Part shown: positions 51,140 through 61,712 of the stretch, one piece after another
Layout of the letters: each line of letters begins with the position of its first letter
Numbering within the stretch: the first letter of the stretch is position 1
From: Toensbergia leucococca
Taxonomy: Eukaryota
Assembly (NCBI GenBank): GCA_022813965.1
Contig: JALDZS010000104.1
Span: 1 to 64,000 of the forward strand
Direction: 5' to 3'
DNA: 64,000 bases
Notes under the pieces: generated by a model
Seen by the model: only the letters and a program-made list of their open reading frames with translations
Told to the model about the DNA's origin: nothing
Databases searched by the model: none
Program-made: the position numbers and the translations under genes

Positions 51140-51825
51140 ATGGAGCAAGAAAATCTTCTATCGGAAAGTGATTCAAATCTCGGCGCTACCCATGAAGATA
51201 ATCCAGAAACGCCGACCGTTACTCCAGCTTTAGGCAAGTAATCCCTCATATCCTATTGCATCGGCTTCACTTTCTCACGTGAAACCCCAAAGCTTGGAAT
51301 GTTTCTACTCCAGAGAAAATCGTCCTAAATCTCTTCCGACACCAGCACCACTACACCATCCTCGACCCCGCCAAATTATCCTACGCTCTTACCCGGCTCC
51401 GCTTCCACGAGCGCCTCACTCAGCTCCAAAAGCAACTCACCAACTTTGCTGCCTCTGCCACCCGCTACGAGCACGAACACCCCAACGAAGTGAAAATCTT
51501 TCTTCTCTGCATCGTCGCAATAGCAACCGTGCCGGTTATCCTACCTGCAGCAGGCTTTGCGGCATCAGGACCGGTCGCGGGAAGTCTAGCGGCGGCGTGG
51601 CAGTCTTCAATCGGAGTGTTGGCGGCTGGGAGTCCTTTTGCGTTCTTGCAAAGTGCAGCTATGGGTGGGGCGGCGGCGGGGGCATTCTACGGGGTTGGAG
51701 TGGCAGGGTTGGCAGTATTGGCAGGTAAGAAGGCTGCAAGTTGGGCGGGAGAATGGTGGAATAAGAAAAACAAGAAGGCGCATGAGGAGGGACATGGTGC
51801 CAATGAAAGATGGGTCGGAGATTAG
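51140..51825 (+). CDS. IFI6/IFI27 (ISG12)-like small hydrophobic protein, ~201 aa; probable GC-AG intron 51234-51313
   Basis: LPAAGFAASGPVAGSLAAAWQSSIGVLAAGSPFAFLQSAAMGG matches the Ifi-6-16 family pattern GF...G..AGS.AA..QS..G...AGS.FA.LQS. The frame is open from 51316, and the G|GCAAGT donor gives the required phase. Confidence 0.75.
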
Positions 51826-52087
51826 GGCCCTCGGGCAGTCACAATCGCCTTAGGATAGGGGTGCCGGATAATCGTTGATCCGTAGGTTTTCATGATTCTG
51901 GCAATTTTTTCCGCCACTGCCGTAGAGGCTACCTTCGACCCCACCTAAACAATACCATGACTACCTACTTTCCACGCAGCGTCAAAATGATACTAAATCC
52001 CAAGGTTAACGCTCAACTTAGATCTCGCTGCTCCTGGTCCAATCTCTTCATAATTGATTCTGGCTAATCTCAAGGTACCGGGAAACA

Positions 52088-53365
52088 ATGGCAGCAAAAC
52101 CCCACAACGTTGCTATCATTGGCTATGGCTTGTCTGCTAAAGTCTTTCATATCCCATTGATCACAATCGTGCCAGAGCTTAATTTATATGCTGTTGTACA
52201 ACGAAATCCTAAGCCTGGAGATGATGCTGAAAAAGATCACCCCGGGGTGAAGGGCTACAGATCTGTTGAGGACATGGTCAAAGACTCCAATGTCGACGTT
52301 GTAGTCGTTTCAACTACGCCGGAAATGCATTTTGGTATGACAAAGCTGGCACTCGAGCATGGGAAACATGGTATACCACAAGCAGTTGTCCAAGGCTAGA
52401 TGGTCTGAATTGATGATTCCGCATAGTTGTTGTGGAGAAGCCTTTCACGCCAACCCATGAAGAAGCTAACGAGCTGATTGCTATTTCCAAGAAACATGAG
52501 TGTCTTTTGACCGTATATCAAAGTACGCTCAGCCTATTTCAAACATTGAATATTTGCTAACAGGATGCCTAGACCGTAGATGGGACTCGGATTTCTTGAC
52601 CGTATCTAAACTTATCAAAAATAACACACTTGGTAGGATCGTCGAGTTCGAGACTCACTTTGATCGCCATCGACCAGTCCTTCCTTCTGGCGGAGGGTGG
52701 AAAACAAAGATCATTCCTGGTGGAGGGGCTGTCTATGACCTGGGTGCCCATTTGATAGATCAAATCGTGGTAGTTTTTGGGTTGCCGAAAAAGATCACTG
52801 GCTTTATCGGAACGCAGAGGGTAGATAATTCCAATGGGTACGACGACTCTTTCACGGTGTTGCTACACTACGATGGGTTGATTGCAACGGCCAAGGCTGC
52901 TGTCGTGAGCCCGGAAGTCAACCAATTGAGGTTTTGGGTACGAGGTGTGGAGGGCAGCTTCAAGAAGGTCTACTTCTCCTAACTCTTTCGTCATGTTTTT
53001 ACTAAGTTCGGGATATAGTACCATCTGGACTGTCAAGAAGATCAGCTGAAACAGGGAGCAAAGCCAGGCGATGCTGGTTTTGGGGTAGAGCCAAAGGAGT
53101 GGCACGGTATGCCAACGAACGGAAGTTTACTCTCTCTCACTAATCCGTGTCAGGTACGTTGACAACAACGGGAGGTGGCAACATGACTTGCAATGCTCAT
53201 CCTACCATCGACCCAACTACGTACAGCGCTTTTTACAGCCATTTAGCGAAAGCTTTGGCGGGGAAAGGAGAAGTCCCAGTCAAAGCGGAGGATGCCAGCG
53301 CGGTGATTAGGCTGATTGAGTTGGCGAAGCAAAGCTCACATGAGGGAAAGACTTTGGATGTATGA
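52088..53365 (+). CDS. Gfo/Idh/MocA family NAD(P)-dependent oxidoreductase; about 5 exons
   Basis: Rossmann motif VAIIGYGLSAKVFHIP, KH|VVVEKPF, YQ|NRRWDSDF, and YDLGAHLIDQ. Confidence 0.92.
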
Positions 53366-55224
53366 GTTGATTTCTTGCAGATCTTTGATTTCACTGCCAT
53401 GACCTAGGTACGTTCTGTGGGCCTCATCAGTATAGGAGAGATCGAATGTATGTCGGCGTAATTTGAAGAGGTGGATCGCGTTGTGTAAAACTTTTGACCT
53501 AAAGCAATCATTCGATTGGGTTATATAGACATCGATTTACAACTCTTCTACCACGAGAGAATATCAAACCTCTGGTGAGACTTATCGTCGTTGCAACATT
53601 TCTTTATTGAAACATCTCTAGCGTGGCTACTTTGCCAGTTGTACTAGTTGGATCCTCGATGATGATTGGGACGTTGTGAGGGTGCTGATTCTCTTTTCCA
53701 ATCCTCGTTCTGTGTTCTCCTTACATCATGCTCGATATTGATATTACCACTCAATCTCAATATCTCAATGAAATGTTTGGAACAAGAAACAACCCGTTCT
53801 CAAGTTCCGGTCACCATTATCTGTGTTCTCTCTCTAGTACTTCTCATGAGGTGTTGTGGTGATTTGTACGGGATGATACGTAAGCGTTCAAAGCATCGAC
53901 TGCCTGCCTTCCCGTGCAAAATAGAAAGCTTGTCCCCTCTGTGGTAGAGTATAAGAGGGTGTCTATAGCAAATTTATTGAGGGAATGGTCATTGATATTT
54001 AGTAGACTCTTATCAACGTTAATACTTCGTTACCTACCTTAGGTAGGTACTTTTTATACTATTATGAGCGAGAGTAGGTTTTAATCTAGCAAATTCGGAG
54101 CACTGCAGGTATTGCTCCATCTCTGCATGTGCCTGTGCTCCTACGAGTAGCCTACCAGCCTGTGTAAATTCCGCCGTTCTTTTTGATTTTGTAAGCCACC
54201 GTCAAGATTTCAAAGGGACTGGGCGTGATTGGGTTGTGTAAAGTAGGGTTGTGGCTTGTTTAATTAATCAGAAAGTCATATAATTTGTGGTAACAGCAAC
54301 TTGATAATGGATTTTTGTCTTTGCTGTGAGCAGAGACTTTCCGTTCGTTAGGAAATGCTGTGCGAAAATGGAAGTCAAAAGGGGAGTGAAACAGACTTGA
54401 ATCAGTCAAGCTACTGGAAAATTACGGTAGAATACGAGTGCGGATGTGAAAAGTCGAAGATTTCGGAGGCACACAAATGATAGAAAGTCACATCGTGGAC
54501 CCTGATTTGTTGGTGCCACTGTCTCAACTTCATAGGTAGCCATCCATCCATACTATTGTTGACTGGCTTGGGAGTCATAAAATACCTTACCTATCCCTTG
54601 GAGTGTTATACGTGCAGCCATCTGTTAGTGTCACCGTAGTGATTAGTGCCCGAATAGGACAATCAATCAACCATCAGCATTATACCTTAATTTCTTTTTG
54701 TCAACATGTAAACAAATCTTTTTCCCTCAGTCACAATAATCTATCATCTCTCATTCTCACTCTCTCCTTTCATTAAGATGTGAGTCAATAAGACTGAACA
54801 TCAAGAGAAAGAGATATCTGATACTCTTTTTAAGAAACTTCAGATTAAAAAGAGAAAGTAATCTGTTAAGAAGATAAAGACTGACATATCACTCTTAACT
54901 ATCAGATATTTTCCTTTACAATTGACTTTATAAGTCATTTAGACTATCATTCAGAATCAGAAGAATCATGAGAATCATGACTCTCTACAGCTGATAAACT
55001 ACTTTCTGATCTTTCTTTTCAAGTGAATCTATTCATTGCTTATAAGGCATATCAACAGACAAGCTTCTAACTACTATTGAAATTCAATAGATTTAGCAAG
55101 AAAAAATTGTCAGTGAAAATGAAAACAGATAAAGATCTTAGAAATCTGTGTCTTTATTGATATTTATCTGCAAATAAAGCTTGTCAGACTTACTCAAATT
55201 TTGAACTACTGAATAAAGGCTTAG

Positions 55225-58065
55225 TGTTACAGTGTTTTTTTATGTACTTAAAGCTGAGGTAGTTAGGTGAGAATAAATGAGTTAGCAACTCTAAGTGACT
55301 CAATATTATCATAGTATATTTAGTGACTTCACATCTAGATAGCAATTCATCTTTGAATTACTGTAAGGGTCTTTTATAAGATTCTGAATTCTGAGTATAA
55401 TTAGAAGATCTATAGCTATCTAAGTGTAAAGTTACTAGATATACTGTGGTGATGTTAAGTCACTTAGGGTTGCTGACTCATTTAACCTTATCTAACTACC
55501 CTTGCCCTAGAAAAGCACTGTAACAATTGCCTCTTACAAAAAGATCACTTTATGCTCTCCTGAATTTTCTATGGTCTTGCCCTTAGAATTGTATGTTTTA
55601 TGCTCTTATTTCTTTAAGGTCTATTCAGATCACAATAATAAGGTAGTCAGAGGTAAGAATTCATAAAACTCAGAGTAGGTGCTAGAGATTTGACTGATCT
55701 TGTAGTCAAAATAGTGACTGATTCTCTGCAGAAAGTCATTAGTTTTTGAGGTATTTATTTGAATTGATTTGCATGCTGACAAATGACTAGGGAATCATAA
55801 GATTTAGTAGGTAGGTGCGTCACAATTTCCCTACGCAGAGTAGTCAATTTTGGTGTTTTGACGCGCCTGCAAGTCACTAGGGATTCTTGTATCTTTACAA
55901 GCCAAAATGTCACCTTATCTCTCAGTGATTTTGAATCAATTTGAGTGCATAAATTTATGTCTAGAAGTCATGTTTTTGAGGTCAGAGATAAATTTTATTT
56001 AGTATGTGAATTCAGCAATTTGTCTCTATAGATTAAGGCTCATGAATTATAAAAAAGGTCTCAGATTATAAGTTTTATGACTAATAAGGTATTAGGTGTG
56101 ACAGTAGAAGTAATAGTAGGAGTAGTTGAGGCTACATTAAGTGTCTCTGATGTGTCTTTATTGTCACACACACTGATCACAATGGTGTCAGAGTTAAAAA
56201 TAGAGGTGAAAATAAAGTAAGAAATAAAGGTAAACTCAGAGGACTCAGAGTTAGAACTGAAGTCAGAACTAAAGTCAGAAATACAGCTAATCTTACTGAA
56301 CTCACTGAACTTAAAATCATTGAACTCAGACTTACTAAACTTACTGAACTTAAAATTATTGAACTTAGACTCACTGAACTCACTGAACTCAGAATAGGTG
56401 TCCTTATTATCTGAAATGACAGAAGAGACTAATGAGAGAAAAGAAGCTATCAGTGTAACAGAAGACGTTAATGTGATGAAGGCAACTGTTATAATAAGAG
56501 AGATAAAGATGACAGAAGGTGTATGAGTAGATGTTAAGGTAGATGTTAATGAAGGACTTGATAAAAGAATCACTTTAGTCTTTACATGCGCCTTACTGAT
56601 GTGCTTGTGCATGAGGTTTTTTAATAAAAATTTTAGCACACATGTCTTGCATAGTATCTTATTATATATAAAAGACTCATTACTATCATCATTATATTGA
56701 CGTGAGTAATTGATCCTTGAGATTCTACCTGATCATGCATTTTTTATAAAATAATGCTCAGAGGTTAGTAGTTGCTCAGGGCATCATCAGTATGAGAATG
56801 TTAAAGGCAAAGGAGTTATCACTGAAGAAGAAGTTGAAGAAGATGTAAAAGGTATGACCTTGTGTTTCTCTTGTTGTTTCTTTTCTTTTTGCTTGTAATA
56901 CTCCTGCACGCGTTCTTGAAAGAATAGCTGTTTGCGTGTGTTAAATCTTTTAAGTATTTTAGTATACAAGTCTGCTAGAGAGGCATTTTAAAAGAATTTT
57001 CTTTTCATTTCAGTGAGTCCTGTGTACCACCTAGTTACTAATTCTCAGAAGGTCTATGATATTATTATCCTCAGGTTTTCTTCTCCTTACACCTTTTTAA
57101 GGTCTTAGAGGTGATTAATGTAGATATAAACATCTTTGTAGAAAGTATGTCTTTTAAAGGTTCAGTCAGTATCTAAACGGTCAGGTTCAAAATATTCTAC
57201 TTCTTTAGTGAGATATTCCTTGAGCTCTTAAGGTTCTCATTTCACTGAATTTCTCATAAGTCTTCCTTGCGCTTGAGATGTTTGTTAAATAGCGGCAAAG
57301 TTGAATAAGAACCAGTTTTTTATTTTATTTAGCTGTTTTAAGGGAATACTAGATGGTTGATTCTGTGATATTTGAGCAGCGGTGTCAAAGGACAGCTAAG
57401 AAGGTGAGTTAATCATAATATTTTTACGGGTTTAGATAGAGAATTGAATTTAGGTAGTGAATTCAATTTAGGTAGAGGTTTGAATTTAAAAAGAAGATGC
57501 TGATAGATAGAGATTGCTGATAGGTTGAGAGAATAATCAATCTACAAAGAAATTTAGGCGTAAGAACGTAGTTCTTTAATAAGTAGAATTACCTGAGACT
57601 TTTACTCAGTCAATGATGAGTTGAATGATAGTGTACTCAGTCAATAATAAGTAACTTAATGGCAACGGATACTGTTGCTATCATTTGTATTTGTCTCTTA
57701 TAAGATTCTGAATTTTAAGTGTAATTAAAAGATTTGTAGCTATCTAGGTATGAAGTTACTAGATATACTGTCATGATATTAAGTCACTTAGGGTTGCTGA
57801 CTCACTTAATCTTACCTAACTACCTTAGTCCTAGAAAAGCATTGTAACAATTACACTCAGAATTCAGAATCTTATAAGAGACTCTTACAAATAATAGCAA
57901 CAGTATTAGTTACTATGTAAGTTACTTATCATTAACTGAGTACACTATTATTTAACTTATCACTGTCTGAGTAAAAGTTTTTAGAGTAATTCTACTTATC
58001 AAAGAACTATGTTTTTACTTACTGAATTTATTTAGTTCTTTATCTAAATTTAGTTTATGACTTTA
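55225..58065 (+). mobile_element. Older copy of the 163-bp-LTR element: LTR split into 55225-55361 and 57855-57889 by a nested insertion, followed by PBS/leader to ~58065
   Basis: The two halves together match the LTR at 58066-58228. The 5-bp word ATTAC is duplicated at 55357-55361 and 57850-57854. Confidence 0.8.
55362..57849 (-). mobile_element. Non-autonomous LTR retroelement (~2.49 kb; LTRs 55362-55525 and 57686-57849; 5-bp TSD ATTAC), RIP-damaged
   Basis: Direct-repeat LTRs with TG..CA ends, PBS-like AATGATAGC, and an internal region colinear with 58229-60186 in reverse. Confidence 0.85.
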
Positions 58066-60349
58066 TGTTACAGTGCTTTCTTAGGGCTAAGGTACTTAGG
58101 TGAGAATAGGTAAGTCAGCAACCCTAAGTGACTTGACATTACCATGATATATCTAGTGACTTTACACCTAGATAGCTAGACATTTACAATTACACTCAGA
58201 ATTCAGAATCTCAAAAGAGACCCTTACAAATAATAGCAACAGTATTTATTGCCATTAAGTTACTCATTATTGACTGAGTACACTATTATTTAACTCATTA
58301 TTGACTGAGTAGAAGTCCTGAGTAATTCTACTTATTAAAGAACTACGTTCTTACCTTTGAATTTCTTTATAGTTTGATTATTCTCTCAATCTATCAGCAA
58401 CGTCTTAGCTTTAACTCATCTCTTAAATTCAATTCTCTACCTAAATTCAGATTATAACTTCAGCTTCTGACTCTTTCACAGCAACACTGCGTTTATTACC
58501 TCTACTTTTATTCTTATTATGAAATTAATCATTTGATATTTCTCTGAATTAACTAAATGAGATGAAAAACTGATTTCTATTTAGCTTTACTGCTATGCAG
58601 CAGCAAGCAAACCAAGGAAGACTCGCGGGAAATTTAGTAAAACAAGCATTATTATGACTACCTTTAAATATCAAGCTTTATCAGCATATATGAGAACCTC
58701 AGAAGCCTGAACCCTGCAAGCTTAAGGAATAAACCTCTGAAGAGATAGGGTATTTTGAACCTGACCATGTAGATACTAACGGAATATTTATCTCTGAAAG
58801 ACATACTTTCTATAAAGATATCTATATCTATATTAATCACCTCTAAGACCTTGAAAAGGTATGAGAAGAAGAGAAACTAAGAATAATAATATTGCAGATC
58901 TTCTGAGGGTGAGCAACTAAGTGATACACCTTAGAACTCATTAAAATAAAAAAGAAACTCTTGTAAGATTGCTCTATAGAAAAGTATTACTATCAAATAG
59001 TTTAAAGGTTTAAAACACGCACGTCACAGATGCTGCAACTACTGACCTCTGAGTGTTATTTTATAAAAAATGCACGATTAGGTAATACATCAGTGACTAC
59101 TCCCTTGTCTCTGATAGTCTCAGATCAATAATGCCCTAAAAAGCTACCCTTAAACACATCACAGCCTTTAGATTTATCATACTACTTATTAATATCAAAG
59201 ATATATCAGTCATATGATTGTGGCAAGTACACACAACAATCAGATCAATATCATGATGATAGTAATCAATCTACTATGAATGATGTAAAGGGGCTATGCA
59301 AGACATGTGAGCTGAAATTTCTATTGCAAAACCTCATGCACAAGCACATCAAAGAGGCGCATATAAAGACTAAAGTAATTAAGTCAGTAACTTCATTCAA
59401 GATTACTACTCCTATACTTTCTCATTATGACAGTTGCCTTTATTGCATTAACACTAATTGCTTCCTTCATCTTATCAGCTTCTTCTGTCAATTCAGACAA
59501 TAAAAACACCTATTTTGAGTTTAGTAAGTTCAGTGAGTTTAGTAAGTTTAGTGAGTTCAGTGATATCAGTGAATCCTTTATTTTAGACTTCATTTCTGAC
59601 TCTATTTTAGACTTTATTTTCATATCTAACACCATTGCAATTAGTGTATACAATAATAAAGACACATCAGAAACACTCAAGGTAGCCCTAACTACTCCTA
59701 CTATTTATTCTGCTATCACATATACCTTGCTGATCATAAAACTCATAATCTAAGACCTTTTTTATAATTTATAGGCTCTTATTTTACTAGACAAGCACGG
59801 AGATATCACCTTGAATTTATATACTAGATGGGATTTATCTCTGACCTCAAAAACATGACTTCTAGACATGAATTCATGCACCTGAACCTGTTCAAAATCA
59901 CAAGGAGATAAGGTGACATATTAGCTTGCAAAAATACAAAAATCCCTAGCAACTTGCAGGCACGTCAAAACACTAAAATTAACTATTAAAATTGTGACGC
60001 ACCTATCTACAAAATCAGTCAAATCTCTAACACCTACTCTGAGTTTTATAAATTCTTACCTCTGATTACCTTACCATCATGATCTAAATAGATTATAAAG
60101 AAATAAGAGCATAAAACATACAATTTTAAGGGCAAGATCATGAAAAATTTATAAGAGCATGAAGTAATCTTTTTGTAAGGGGCAATTGTTACAGTACTTT
60201 CTTAAGACTAGAGTAGTTAGGTAAGAATAGGTGAGTTAACAACCTTAAGTGACTTGATATTATCACAGTATATCTAGTGACTTTACACCTAGATAGCTAG
60301 ACATTTACAATTACACTCAGAATTCAGAATCTCCAAAGAGACCCTTACA
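58066..60349 (+). mobile_element. Non-autonomous LTR retroelement (~2.28 kb; 163-bp LTRs 58066-58228 and 60187-60349) with gag relic and C2H2 finger, no pol
   Basis: LTRs tgttacagt...cccttaca; PBS-like aataatagc; PPT gtaagggggcaat; gag-like EEIGYFEPD...HTFYKDIYIYINHL; C2H2 CKTCELKFLLQNLMHKHIKEAH; 9-bp (agtgagttc-like) internal repeats. No TSD found. Confidence 0.85.
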
Positions 60350-61700
60350 CAAGATAAGCATTTAGACTTTCTTAATCATACTTAACTAAGAAATCAAGGT
60401 GAGCTTTTCATGGCAATCATATCAGTACTAAGAAAGCTTTACATACTTTTACAAAGTTCATGATTGAATCAATTACATAAGTAAAAACTCTTTCTTTAGA
60501 ACTGAATTCCTGAGAGTATTCAGACTTAAACAGAAAATCTCAGTTAGTAAGAATTTAATCATTTTATGTTACAGGCACTTGCATAATAGAATGCAGTAGA
60601 ATAATGACTAAAGACTTTGCTTTAATAGCTCACTTTATATGAGGTGATTAAGTATGTACATCTATAGATGCAGTGAGGTTTTTATTAGAACTCACAGTAA
60701 TAATTTTTTAACTGAAATTCAGGATAATTCCTTGTAATTTCAGAGTGTCAGTCTCAAGTAATATGTTTGCTTTTAGGTTTTTTACAAGATGTGCTTTTAT
60801 GGTAATGAACTCCTTGACAGGTCTTTTATCAATCATTTTATTAAAGTATATCTTAATTACTATGTATTTCTTTGATTTTATAATGTTGTTTTCTACCTTA
60901 CGCACTGACATTAAGAACGCTAGATTTTTAATATTGACCTGTGATAATATCTTTTTTAAATACTTACAGTCAATTAATATTATTAAACACTCAGTATTCA
61001 AACACACCTCTGACATATTTTTTAAGATACTGTTTTATGTAACTGATAAGGTTGAGTACTTACATTTACAGAACTTATATTCTGAGGATTTAGCCTGATT
61101 TAAAATGACTGTAAATTCAACAAGTTCTCAGGCAGAAGTGACTGATCTAGATTTAACTGACGTAGATTTAACTGTGACTGACATAGAGTCAATAGCTAAG
61201 TCATCTTTAGAATTTCTAGAGGTAAGGGTTTTTCACATTTAATATTTAAGTCAGAGATAATGAAATAATTTATTTCTTGATGTGAAAATAGCCTTATAGT
61301 TAATACACAGATAACTTATACTAGGTTGTGACGCTACTAAATTTACTTCTAATACTAAGTTATTATAGTATTCTTTCTCATAGACCTTCATGTCTTTATT
61401 TTTAGTAAGAATATTCTTATTATAAGGATAATACTGTTAGTAACCTTTCTCAGTTTTACCCCTCTCTGATAGATCTTTTACATAAGCCTGATATGCTTAC
61501 TAAGGCTATGAGTAAGTGTCATGATCAGGCTTAGAGTCTAGTTATAGAAGTACTATTGAATAGAACACTAAAGGTAAAGATCTAAAAGTATAGAAGAGAA
61601 ACGCGCTATAAGTATTTGATAGGGTGTTATTAGGTAACAGGTGTGACATTTAACAATCTCACATGTTAACTTTTAGCTCTTGTGTTGACTTTGATCTGTG
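60350..61700 (-). mobile_element. Gypsy gag C2H2 finger plus aspartic protease relic
   Basis: VCLNTECLIILID (RIP-altered CLDTGC..TL.D), AHLVKNLKANILLETD, and YLCINYKAIFTSRNKLFHYL. Confidence 0.75.
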
Positions 61701-61712
61701 CGTAAGCTAGAA

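Noticed and set aside
56061..56639. 192-aa Ser/Phe/Thr-rich ORF and its counterpart at 59427-59753
   Set aside because: They are RIP-altered internal repeat regions of the non-autonomous LTR elements, not host genes.
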